A stretch of DNA of 64,000 nt from Setoptus koraiensis. Taxonomy: Eukaryota > Animalia > Arthropoda. The notes beneath the pieces were generated by a model. That model was not told where the DNA came from. It worked only from the letters and a program-made list of their open reading frames with translations, and searched no databases. Positions 48,901 to 62,200 of the stretch are shown here, one piece after another. The DNA lies in contig CM106586.1 in assembly GCA_048013815.1 (NCBI GenBank), positions 19,468,001-19,532,000 of the forward strand, in the 5' to 3' direction. A program made the translations under genes and the position numbers. The number at the start of each line of letters is the position of its first letter. Positions within the stretch are counted from its first letter, which is position 1.

Positions 48901-51900
48901 ACGAGCAAACTCTTTGGTTGCCAGCCAGCTTTTTCGCACCGTGTGACGCAACCGAACGGAAGCTGCTCAACAGTTCCGCTCAGTGAGTGGCTCTGTCTCG
49001 ATTTGGGCGCGCCTCTGGTGGACAAAGTTGACAGTTTGTCTCGAGCGGAATGGAGCCAATTTTGGGATTATCCCAAAATTGTGCATTTCTCGGTTTGGGT
49101 TGGTTGCTGTAACAGCAGCAAGAATTCACCCGTTGTGCACACTGAAATGAGCTTCAGCTGACTCCAGGTCAGAGACGTCATGAACATAATGACATTTGCA
49201 CACTGGCCCCTCGCTGGACGGGGCGCGATCTCCGGCGAAAGTCGGCGGCAAGATCGCGCACCATTTCGTCTGAAGCAATTCATTTTATAAGCTCGTTGTT
49301 GGGCTATAAATAAATGCTGGGCCGGCCTCAATAGTGTCGGTGCAAATATCCATTGTCAACAGTATCTATCGTCAATGGTATTTATTGATAGAGCGGATTA
49401 TTTTTGTTTTTGTTGGCGAGTTTGCCACTCGCTGGCTGTCAATGTCAATCGCCGGAAGGGGCCGCCGTAGGCGCGCACGCAGTCTGTCGGACGAACGTGT
49501 TATTAATTTCAACGCAAGCACGCTGTCACAGAGGGCGGGAGAAAGGGGCCAGCGACGGCTCACAACTCATAACTAATATGACATATTTATTATATGCATT
49601 TGGCCCTGTCGGCGTCACAATATCACAGCTCATTAGTTTCGACCGCGATGATTTCCATATTCCGTTTGGCGATATCTTTTGCCCGCTCCGTGTGACACGG
49701 AGCGCGCGAAAGAACGCGCAAGACTCTGACTTGACACCGCCGAGCTGACTTGGCTCGAGTGTGAGAACTGACTCTGGCTAATTTTGGCGACTCTCGGACT
49801 AGCGCCGTCGACAACACGACGCTCGTTTGGCGTCTCTGACAATGGAATGGCTTGTGAATTCCATCCGTCCCAGCAATGACAATGGACGCCGGCGACACAA
49901 TTGCACGCAATAGTGCCCTCATTGCGTGATATTTCGCTCGTCCAACGCTCACCTGTCCACTGCTCACCTGTACAATGGGTCTCTGGCAAGCGCTCATTGA
50001 TTGCCGGCCGCCTATTGATTGGCGAGCTTTGCCGACAGCTTTGCATCTTTTATATCGGGCCCTTCATATCGGCCACTGTGGGCGCCCCCTACCTGTCGTA
50101 TACTGTTCTACAATAAACATGTCTGTGTGATACACTAATATAGATTGATATTGGTCGATCGCGTGTCACTGCGCAAAGGTTGTCGCCATTGCTGTCCTCG
50201 GTGCTCGGTGCTCCAGCGGCCGCACAAATACACAGAAATAGCCCGAAAATGCCGAGCTGGCGGGCCATCGCAATTGGATTAGCCTGTCACTAGTGGGGGC
50301 CCCAATGGCTAAAAATGGAGCTCGCTTTCGCGAGTGCAACATGCGGAAGTGTTTCGGGCATTTGTGTTTGCCGGCCAGCCATTTGCCGGCCAGCAGCTAC
50401 AGCGTATTTCTAACATTGCCAAGCTGTGAGCCCCAACAATGGCCCGGCATGTTGGGCCAATTCAGCCCGACATGGGGCCGGCTAGAGCGCCTCTATGGAG
50501 CAATTGCGCAGTAACGATGGTTACACAATGTCTTATGGTGTTTGCCGTCTCAGAAATGCGTTTGTAGCTCGCCAAAATGGTCGCCAGTGGCACACGTAGC
50601 TGTACCTGGCCGAGCGAGGGCGCAGAAGCGACCGAGCGACAAGCTTACGATTGTTAGCGAATTGGGTGAATTGGCGAAAAAGGAAACATCACTTTTGAGT
50701 TGTAACAATATTTCAGGACACACAAAGGGCACACAATGATTGTTATTGTTTGCCAGTTGATGGGCCCACTCATGAGCCGATTGTTTTGAATTTGGCAAGT
50801 TGCTAGCTGGCTCGCCAAATTGGGGCCCGGCCGTCTCATTGGGGCCTAAGCAAATCGTTGCAATTTGCAATCATGAGCCGTGCCACAAACAAACAAACTC
50901 AAACAAACCCGACGCGATATCAAGTGCAACTGTGCTCATCGTTCACGCACAATGAATCACTGGACTCTGGCCAGTAGTGCTGCGGGCCCCATTCATTGAA
51001 AACACAAGCGGCTTTATTACGTAATTGTGCATCACCGCTCAAGACGTAACGTGCTCATGCTGACTCGCATCATGTGCACTGAGTGTGTGTGTGTGTGTGC
51101 AATGTTTGTTTGTTAACTGGTCGCTAGGTGCCATTGCGTCACTTTGCTGCCACAGTGAGCGCAGTATACGACGAGTGTACTGTATAAATAGTGGTGAGTC
51201 GCCGCGGCCAAATAGGCAAGCAGTGCCGGCTAGCGGTCAAGCAAAGTCACTGTTTATAGTGCCAGTTGGCGTGTTGCACCGGTGCCTGCATAGACGGTGA
51301 TTTGACTGCGGCCGTGAGACATTTATCTCTTGTTGCGATTGTGTGTGTTGGCCGAGTTGTGGCGCGACCAGTCAAGCTTGCTGCCGACCAAAAACTATCG
51401 AGCGAGCGCCCCATGAGCCCGCGACAGGCGCACGAGGCCGGCAAAAGACAAGGCCAGCAAAAGCACCAAGCGCCAACAAGATTCCAACAAGAACAACTTA
51501 AAAGATTCAGCGGCGCCCAAACGGAGCCGCTAATGAACGTGATACAGTTACGTAATCGGCCGTTGTCGCCATTGTCGCATATCTCTGGCCGGTGGTTGCT
51601 TGTTGTGCAGCGGCGCTCGTCGGGCAATCAACGGGCCCCAGCGACTCTTAATCGTCTTTGTTCTATCGTGTCCGCGGATCGTGCGCCCCCCCCCCCCGAA
51701 ACGATTGTGTGTACCGGCGGACATTGTCGCTCGGATTTGTTTGTGCCCGCCGTACCCCTGCCGACATATCCCCCCATCGCCAGTTACGATATGTGTGTGT
51801 GTGTGTGTTTTGGGGCCATAATTGTTGGCTGGCTGGCTGGCGGGCGAAATGGCTGGCGAAATGGCGCGACGGCCAAATGGCATTTATTAACTTAACTGGT

Positions 51901-54900
51901 GGCGATTGAGTGAATACCCACACACACACACACACACACACAAACTGGGCGACTTTTGGGTAGCTCTGGGGCGCACGTTGCCGGTTAATGGTGGTCCGCG
52001 GCTGGGTCACGCACGCAACAATGGCCAGCGCCCCGGTGCCTAACTATGGTGGCTGCCCGTCCGGGGTACACGACAATTGCGCACGTAAATACTCGCTCAC
52101 TTTATCTCTTTATGATCATCTCGCGGCCGGTGATGATCGCGCGATGGGCGCCGCCGCCTCGGATAAGGCGCGCCGCTCGGATAGGGCGCCCCGTTCCGGT
52201 GGCTGCCGCAACTCGGTCGCGGCGGCTCGCCGGCCAGCGATCAGTATTCAGTGACAATGCAGCCACCGGCAAGACAATATAACACTTAGCCCAGTGGGGC
52301 AACCATAAATTATTCACGAATTACGCAACTCTCCGTTTGGTGGCTCGTGTATTGGCGTGTGTGTGTGTGTGACCATACTGATCAATGATCACAAATCGGT
52401 GATTAGACAGCTCACATTCACACGATATTCATTGGCGTGCCATCCGAGGCATTATTTCGCGAATGATAATGCATTTCATTATTCCAATATTCACGCTATT
52501 CCTCCAGTCCATGAATCCTGGCGCGCATGAATATTTGCACGCGTGAATATTCGTGCGCGTGAATATCCACGCACGAGAATATTCGTGCGCCTGAATGTTG
52601 GCAGGCACGAAAAACCGCACGTGAATATCCACGCACGTCGGCGGGATATCGGCCCACGGGCCGGCGCCGTTAATCATGGAATCGCGGCGGCGCTGATGCT
52701 CCATGGGTGCACGCCCGCCCGCTCAACGGGTGCATCCGTGGAGCGGGCAAGTGTAACTTTGCACTGGGCGTCTCGTTGCTGCGCCAGTGAGACTTGCACT
52801 AACGAGTGGGAGAATAGTTTCATTTCATTTCGTTTCAATTTCTGGGGCCCGTCCGCTGACGGCAACCCGTCGCTGGATTCAATTTCTGTGAGAGTGGGCC
52901 CCGGTGAGCGCAAGCGAGCGGTCCGTTGTGCCAGCTATCTATCACATGACGGCTAGCGAGTCAATTACACTTGTTAGGATACATTAGTAACATTAAAAAG
53001 CATATGCCACGAGCATATGGCCCCCACGCTGGCCGATGGAGAGCCGGTTGAAGAATGAGCTCGAAGAAAAGAATGGCGCCCAAAAGAACGCGTCCATTGT
53101 TCTAGCGTATGTGTGCGCGTGCTGGCACGGGCCTCTTTTGGTGCGCAGTCGATGGCAAGATCACCTATGGCGGCGTCGCCGGGACGGCATACGTAATGGT
53201 GGGCGGGTAAGAAGGGGAGAAAGCGTCCGGGATTTATGCTGATAGATACACTCTATATTACAGAGAACGGGGGTGGGGTGGGGCTGAGTTAGTCACAATT
53301 AGATCGCTATCTCAGCTTGCCAGCTCGTGCAGTTTCACTGAACCATCAATTTACCTGTTCGCCCTAACGATTCGAAACAATTTTCAAGTGAATAAGCTGT
53401 TAGTTGCACGACGAGCCGGGCCCAAGCCAAGTTGTTGCCTGCTAAGAGTTGTTGCAAGCTTGCATCAGCTGCCAGCTGATTGTGGCTCCACTGGAGTGAG
53501 CCAAATCTTCGAGTGGGCCCAATCTTTGGTCTGGCCCAACAGCAGCCAACGTAATCAGTTACAATCGGTTGGATCGGGCTTGGGATTGGGGCCAATTGTG
53601 GGCCCAATGCCGGTAACTGTATTAAAACTCGTTTAGGTATAACAAGCAGTGGCCCTGGTGTAGGCAGTAACTTAACTTTTATAACTGAATACGATCGGGC
53701 GTGCACATAATCGATGATGTACATAATAATGATTATTATGTATGGGCATTAGGCCAATTAGATTACACCCAATTGATTTTCAATTTAAATTCATTGCCCA
53801 CACTGGCAGTCGCCCACACTGACTTGTGAGGCTAGTTAGTCCGATCGGCTAGGCCGCCCACCCAGCCGAGCGCCAGACCAGACCAGACCAAACTAGACAG
53901 CAGACACTGTGTCAGGGGCTGGTACGTAATTTATATTTAGGCCTATTCCATGTCTGACTTTCATGCAAAGCCAACGCGTGGCAGCCTGGCAAATTTGCAT
54001 AATAATCTTTACCTTTACCAGCCTTTACACAGTTCGCGGGCGTACCAATGCATGCATTGCATTGGCAAAGAATTGCAACTTTGCTGCTTTTTATTCTCGC
54101 CCCTAGCGGCCGGCTTTTAATATTTATTTGCGACATCCTCATTGGCCAATGCAGGGGCCAGTGTCCATTTGTCGCTCTCTATTTGGCTGCTGCTTGTTAG
54201 TTTTGTTTTTTGACACCAGTCACACACCACTCGAAGCTGCCAGCGTCGGCTGCCGGCTCGCGACCACTCAAGTGAAAGCAAGCCCGTTCAGGCCGGCTCG
54301 TTTTGGGCGCCACTCGAGCCCGCTCGCCGATGTTTATCCCCGGCTAAACATCGGCGGATATTGAATATTGTGTGCGCCTTAGGTGCCCCGGCGTGTGTAA
54401 GTGATGCATCCGTTTATATTTTGTGTCAGTGTGGGTGTTTGCGTCACTGTGAATGGCGCGCAAATCGCTTCAAGTGTGGATATTGCTTTTGGCCCGACTG
54501 GGCCCCACTAATTCGGATGACTGCATATTCAAACAACACACACAAAAACTCTGGCCGGCCCACGAGCACAAATCTGGGCCGACACAAATCTCGCCAGTTT
54601 GGCTCGCCCATTCTTTGGCCGCCAGTGGGCGACCAAAGAATGGGGCTGATCTCGGCGGATCTAGCAGGTGATTAGTGCGACAGTGGGATCATACAGCAAA
54701 GGATAATGTGCCATTGAGATATGATAAGAATCAATGTTCATGTTTGTTTGTTTGTTTGTTTGCTCGTCACTCATGTAAGACACACAACGAGGCACACATT
54801 AATGAGGCCCCAACGAGTCTGCTGAACCTGTCGAATTGGATGCGCTTATTCCGTCATTGTTTGTATGCGTTACAAGCGAGAATATTAATACTGTTTGTGC

Positions 54901-55005
54901 CAAATTGGCTTGTATTCGCTGCTTGCCAGCCAATCTGTAGCAGCGCGTCGAGCTGTAAGTGAATGGCAAGCCGAGCCATTTAATTGAGACTGAGATCGAG
55001 ATCAA

Positions 55006-55047
55006 GATAGGCGCCGAGCGATAGGCGCCGAGCGATAGACGCCGAGC
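55006..55047. repeat. 14-bp tandem repeat x3 (GATAGGCGCCGAGC)
   Basis: Two perfect copies and one variant. Confidence 0.9.
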
Positions 55048-57901
55048 GAGAGAGAGAGCGAAGGAATTGCGCAGTTGTGAATAGTAGTCGGATAGCACAT
55101 AGATTACGGGCTAGATTAGGAGGAAAACGATTCTAGATTAGCGGCCGCGGCTGGCTATCCGGCTATGCGAGCTGGCTGGCCGCTGAGGGCGCAATGAGCC
55201 GCAATTCAGCACGGCGAGCGACTCGAGAGAGATTGTTTGTTAGTTTGTCAGGATTAAGCGACAATGAAGTGACTGACTGAGCCGGCCGAGCAGCCACGGA
55301 ATGGCTGGCTCAGTCACTTTTCGCGCAAGAGAGAGAGAGAGAGACCAAGATATCATTACATAACATTATTATTATTATATTGTATTTGTATGATGATGCG
55401 GCATCGATCTAAATCTAATCTAATAACGCTGGCAACAATGCCACGGGATGCAGCCATTGTGCCTAGTCTCCACTGGAGAGTCTCTGGCAGTCGTCGTCTA
55501 GTTACTAGACTCTAGTTACTAGACTCTAATAGCGATATGACGCAATTGGCAACTCGTGCTGCCACCATCCGACCAGTTGTAAAAAGAGCAATGGAGCGAC
55601 CCGTTTGCTGACGACATCGCCGGATAGTCCAATAAACAAACTCGTTCGCCCTCAGCGGCAACCATTGTCGGCCGGCGTGACGTCTCTGGGCGCTGTCTGG
55701 CGAGATCAATCAAATGATCAATTTCGTCGCTTTGCGCCCGTCACTCAGCGGCACACTCAACCGGCCCGCAGACAGCCATTGCTAAGCCGGGCCGCCCCGC
55801 TCACTGATCGTCGCCAGCCAGTCGGCGAGCCAGTCGGCGAGCCAGTTGGCGAGCTAGTTGGCGACAGTGTAACGGGCCGGCTCACCTGCGCGTTTCGCGC
55901 TACGCGTTATACACGTTGTACCGTTAGTTATATCAGTAGTCAGTAGTTATATCAGCAGTAGCTACATCATACCCATATATATGCAATAATTGCGCAAGGA
56001 TAGTTATGTAATATATAACGGCCATGTGATATATGTCGACAGTTACGTAAGCGTATCCGTGAGCGGTAAGCGAGCCAACGAGCAAGGGGCCCAAATCTGC
56101 AGTCTAGACGTCACGAGGCTTCGTGTTTATTGGCGGGCATGTTCAAGTTGCACACGTGCTGTATGCTGCCCTCAGTTACTGGCCACGCAAACCGGCCTGG
56201 CCCGTATTATACAGACAGACTGTATATGTAACACGGGCAAGAAAATGGGGCCCCTTTGTGCCTGCCAAATGGGGCCCAAAAGTGATAGACAAACTGAGTG
56301 GTAATAATCCAATAAGAGGATCTCGATGGCAGGCCTATCATGGAGGGGCTCGCATCATCATATTGGCCCCATTTCGTGTGCGTGTGTGTGTGTCGTCCAA
56401 ATAACGGACTTGTGTGTGTGTCACAGGCCCGTTATTTTGGCCAGTGACCATTTAATCAGCAGCTGGCCGGCAGGTGATGGGGAGACGGGGCGCACGAGAC
56501 GGACGGGCCGGCGCATCATGAGCATTCCGTAATAAGCTCGTGTCTTGGCAACACGATCTCGACAACACGGGCTAGACGACACGAACTCGACAACATGATC
56601 TAGACGCAACGATGCGCCAATATGTTATGTGGCAGACGCAAATGGGGGCCAATTTGTCCCGTATTGCGCGCGTCTGGCGCGTTTAGAATTGGTGCCATTG
56701 GCGACATTTGGAGGTCCCCCCCCCCTGACCCGCTGCGAGATTTGCGCTGACCGTCAACAACAATGACCGGCCGTTGCGTCACTCATGAGGCACGCGCAGT
56801 ATGTTGTTTGCGGGTCGGCGAAACAAGCGGCGATGAGCGGCGACGACGACGCCGTATTGCGGATATTGACTTGATTGAGCGGGCGCCCCCAGGTGATCAG
56901 GCGCCCGACTGACCGTTACCGGGTCGCTGCAGCCATGATTGATTTGTCGGCGCCGCCAGTAAATGTGTGGCAGTGAGAACAGGTTGACACACACTCGCAT
57001 TGCCGGCAGCGGCGACCGGCGACCGGGCCCCAGTTATCGCTGGCAACGTTATTTCTTTTATTAATGCCCACCATCATTAATGCCGCGCGCCGGCCGGCCC
57101 GCTTTACGCGGCATCTCCCCTCGGCCGCTGACACAGCACACTATTAATATGCGCCCATTAATATGTCCTCTCCCCGCGCCCTCCTGCTCCGCTCCTCTCC
57201 CATCTTGAATCCATCAATATCTTAGGCCAGCGGCCAGTGTTTGAGCTTGAATTTTTATCGTCCTATTTAATGTGCGCGCGCTCGGCTCGGCTCCTCTGGC
57301 CACTTGCGCCCGTCCGTGGCATTGCGTAACGAAAGATTGCCCATGTCGCCACTGGTGCGCGTATAAATGAATGGCAACCGGCCAAACGCTACCCGCTGGC
57401 CGCTTCAATTTATCGCTTCCGCTTCGCCCTCCCCTGTCCTCCCTGGCTCGTTCTGCCCCGGTTATGAGTGTTGTGAGTTTTATTGAGCGTGTTTCGGGTG
57501 CTACCTTGCGCCCTCTCGCGCCCTCTTCCGCAATGGGCCCCCATTCTTCACTTGACTATCTTCGCTGTGTGTCGAGTTGAGAGTGTGTCGCGCGGGCCAA
57601 AATTTGAATTTGTGTGTCTGATATGATTTAATTGTGTTCAGCTGAGCGCGCCCCATATGGGAATTGCTGCAAGCACTGCAAGCCCGATTAAATGCCATTG
57701 GGCCTAAATCGGCCCCTTGTAACGGCGCGGCGACTCAGCTGCCGTTACAAGGGCAGCAGCTTGAAATTGTCGGGCTGCAACCGAGCTACTTTTGGCGGCT
57801 CCCCTAGTGGCCAATTCGGCAGATAGTAATTGCCGGTCGCTGTAATCGAGATGCGCGCCGCTGCCGCGAGCCATGATTGCGATCGGACACTGTGCCATTG
57901 T

Positions 57902-57982
57902 GACTATAGCGACCATGGCGACCATGGCGACCATGGCGACCATGGCGACCATGGCGACCATGGCGACTATAGCGACTATAGT
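57902..57982. repeat. 9-bp tandem repeat x9 (GACCATGGC x6 flanked by GACTATAGC/T)
   Basis: Read directly. Confidence 0.95.
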
Positions 57983-59160
57983 GACCGGGCCGGCCGGTCA
58001 GCGGGCGAGCGGGCGCCCGACAAAACAAAGATGGCGATGATTTAAATTAACAACGGCAACATTGTCAATAGTGTCGCAGTGTTTGCAGTTTCCAGCGCCG
58101 GCCATCCTCTGGACTCCAGAGTCTGGGCTCCAGAGTCTGGACGCGACGGCCGGCCGTGGGGAGCTGCGGCCAGACGCGAGCTTGGCGTAATCCGCTGGCC
58201 GGAGTTTGACTTGCCAGCGACGGCCAGCCAATCCGGTCGTTTATTACATGAATGTGTGCGCTATCAAATTAATTCATGTCATCTTTGTTTGTCTCGGCGC
58301 GGCTGTTCTGCTTTGTTTCACAACCATTACAATTGTCAATTACGGCCAAGGGCCCCGCGCGTGTATTTCGGGCCCCTGTGACTTGCACTTATCTCTCAAT
58401 GCGAATTGTGTATTTGAACAATATTGAGATATGGCAAGATGCGCTGCTGCACCCGACGCACAATGGATTTTGCGGGCCGGAATTGTGTGTGTGCTCAATT
58501 TGAAATTTGAGCAAATCCAGCGAGTTTATTTGTTTTCGGCAGTTCGGAGCCTCTTGCCGCTTTGGCTTGTATCAATTTTCTCGGCCGGCCCGGATAACAA
58601 AACTTATTGTTATCCGGCCACCGGACAGCGCAACACAAAAAACGGGCCCGCCATCTGGTGTCGCGGGCCCCCTGATGTGTGAAGGGGCCCGAGCGAGCCG
58701 GAAAAAGAGAACTAAGGGCATCCCTTAATCTTGGCCGCCAAGCAACGGGCCCCACTTTGCAGGGGCCCGTTGTTTGGCCAGACAGATAGCCGGACGTGAG
58801 CCAGCTCTGCACAATGGCTGCGCCTTCCGAAATGATGAAAAGAATCGGGGATAAACTTGTCCGGCGTATATTCGTGTGCGTACGAGTATAAGGGGCGCCA
58901 TGCAAGACTCTGGCAGCCAGACTCTTGCGGGCAGAGTATAAAGGGCGAGAGAGGGTATTTATACATGGCGCAGAATATCATTCTTATCACGATCTTAGAG
59001 TCGCTGATCTAATCCGATATTCATAGTGAGTGGGCCCTCTATTATATGCGCGCCAGCCTCAATTCGTTGTCCAGTCGCTGGAGTCCAGTGCGCGGCCGAA
59101 TGGCCGGGCTTGGCCGCGACGGGAAGCGGCAGTTTGCCAATTTAATTTAGCGAGCGGACG

Positions 59161-59256
59161 CTGAGGAGAAAACACTGAGGAGGCGCTGAGGAAGCGCTGA
59201 GAAAACACTGAGAAAACACTGAGGAAGCGCTGAGGAAACACTGGGAAAACACCGAG
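59161..59256. repeat. Degenerate ~11-bp purine-rich tandem repeat (CTGAGAAAACA / CTGAGGAAGCG)
   Basis: About 8 units alternating between two variants. Confidence 0.85.
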
Positions 59257-62200
59257 AGAACGGGCCCCAAAAACGAACGACAACAGTTTCCGCGTGCAGC
59301 GTTCCGTCGAAGCGAAGTGGTTGCGCAATACAAGCGAGTCGATCGCTGCATTTGCTCACCTTGACATTCGACGGCTTGTGTCTCAATCTCGCCGGAAAGC
59401 TCTCTGTAAAATTGTTTGCTGCAAACGGCTGGCAGGGGGCAGCTCCGTTGTTGGTCACTGCAGAAACTTGTTGTAGAAACAAGCAACGTGCATTTTGCAC
59501 AGCCAAACAATGCCCGCTCTCTTTGCTGTCGGGGCCTCTTTTTCGCATCGTTTATCCGGTTGCATCTAAGTCGGTGGGCGGAATTTAAATTTTGGCACAA
59601 TTTCGAGGGGTGCCGCCGTGTTTGCTGTGCGCAGTGTTTGCGTTGGGGCCCGTTGCAGCCAGTGGCCCGGTCCAAAATGTCAGGCGACCCAAATCAAGGG
59701 GGCCCAACTAGCCGCTGATGAACCTGACACTCTGATAGCGTCCACGGAGGCTCACTGATGGTTAGCGCCACACTTGTCGGGGCGCACAATTGAATCGGGC
59801 CTCTAGTCTTATGTATTACGTAACACACAACTTACGTAACACAACCTTTGAACCCTCGAATCTTCCAATCACACAACATAAGCAACATATAACATATAAT
59901 AACATGCCCAGCCCGAAATTACGTAACATTGCGTAAAATGTTTATTACGTAACATATACGTATACGTAATACGTATACGTAACATACGTATGTTGTTGCG
60001 TAATCGGGCGAGCGGGCATTGTTGCGATATCAGCGGGTCTATCTATCAGCGGTTGGCGGGTCACATGATGTAACTGATAAGTTGGCCCTGGCATTGGGCT
60101 GTCGTCGGTGCCGATGTCGCTGTTGTTGTTGCTGTTGGGTAATATCATCATGTCAAATGTCATTGAATGCTGACCATTGGCACACTTATGTAATATAATG
60201 CAATTACTTGATTATCATTCCATTGCTGTGACACTGCCGCTGCTGCTGCTGTGAGACATGTAAGTTATATAACGTTGACATAACGTTTCGTGGGCCCGCC
60301 AGCGACACAAGCGGCCGCTAAAGTATTTGGAATTTCGTTTGTTGTTGGCTGGCGCGGTTGTTGTTGCTGTCGCTATTGCTGTCGTTGCTGGCGGCCTTTC
60401 AGCCCCGCAACAGCAGCGGCAGCAACACCAGCAACAACAGCGACAACAGCGGCTACAACAGCAACAACGACATGTCGCCCGCGCGAGGCTTAGCGGGTGC
60501 AGCTCGCCGGAATGGCGCCCGCGAGCTGGCCAGACTTTTGAGCATTTTGTGTGTGTGCGAGCGTTAGATGAAATGATGATAATGACAGAGCAAATGAGCC
60601 TACTGGCGACTACCAATTACATGCGCACGCCGGCCAACAACTATTGGTAATTGTTGTCGTTGTTGGTGGGGGCCCCAATGAGATGATTTCATCGCCATTT
60701 AATGATCGCCGCCCGTGCGCACTATCGATTTTTGGGCCGTGCGGATCGGGCCGCCGTTCGGCCGCTATTGAGCGGCTGTTTGGGCCGTGCTGGGTGGCCG
60801 CTGTGCGAGCCAGCGCCAGCCAGATAATATCTCTGCAAGGGATCTGGCGGCGCCGGCCGGATCGGGTGCCCAAAGGCGAGCGGTCGGTTGGGCGCGCGAA
60901 GACAATCATCATGAGTAGCATCATCAGTATCGCATCATGAGCGGCTTGGCTTGCGACGCCCGGCGACTTGCCGGCGCGGCCAGCAAATGATGAACACACA
61001 ACCAATAACTCTAATCTGTCTGGCTGTTTGGCCGCCAGTTCGGCGCCACTAGCGCCGATAGGCGCCCGCTCGCCCGCCATCCCGTGCGCCCGCCGCCCGC
61101 CAAATAGCCAAGCAGCCGAGCAGCCAAATAGCCGAGCAGCCGAGCAGGGGGCCCCAAACAGATAGATCCCCAATGGCGATAAATTAGCTTTACATCGTTT
61201 GCGCGCGATGATAACAACCGCACCACTGCCGCCGACATAACCTATTCTGGGCGCCCGTCTGGGCGCCGCTCTGAGCTGTTGTGGGCCGCTCTGAGCTGTT
61301 GTGGGCCGCTGTGGGCGCTGTTGTAGATGGCGCCAGCACGTAGAGAATTAGCTCGGCTCGCGCCGGTGATGCGCGAACCGAACACAGGAAGTGACCGTTG
61401 GCAATAACGGTCTAACTAACTGGGCGCGTGTATGTACGCGCCAGTGGGGGCGCATTAGCGCACTGACTGGCGCCAATTGAGAGAGAATTCCTCGGAGATG
61501 TTGCAAATCATGCGACGCGGGACCCAGCGCCGCTAATGAGCGATGCGGCGCGGCCATTCTGGCGCCTATGATTCCAGTCGTGTCCATCTAATCATCGCGC
61601 AGCGACGCAACATCGATTGCCGGCAACATTGTATCACATTTACAATGCGGCGCCAGTGACAAAGCAAGACGCCAGTGCAGCCAATAATCGTCATGCTAGA
61701 TTTACGTAACGTGCGGGCCCGCGAACGCCCACGCGTCGCTTGGCCCGCGCCAGCCATAGCGCGATGATGGATAGCCGTAATGGCCTCACATGATGCTGGC
61801 TGTGGGGCCGTTTGTTGCGCAACTTTGTCAACGCGAAGCCAACGCGCCCCCGCACAGCAGCGGATATTTACTAAATATTATTTAGGGCTGTGTCTGATAT
61901 GACACTAGACACCCTAGCGGGAGATTGGCCAACTCTGCGTGTTTGTTCGGCGGCTGGCGCGACAGTCGCTTGATAATTTATTATTATTGATAAATCATTG
62001 ACTGGCCATAGCTACATTATCGAATATTTTTCATAATTTCGCCAGCAAGTGATGCAATGAGTATTTCAGCGACCATTTCCAGCATAACATTACTTGCTGC
62101 AATAGCAAAACTCATTGCAATGGCAAAACTCATTGCAATGGCACGAGCGCGAGCAGCGATCACCGGCCGAGACGACGACTAATTGCGCCGCGTTGCGGCC

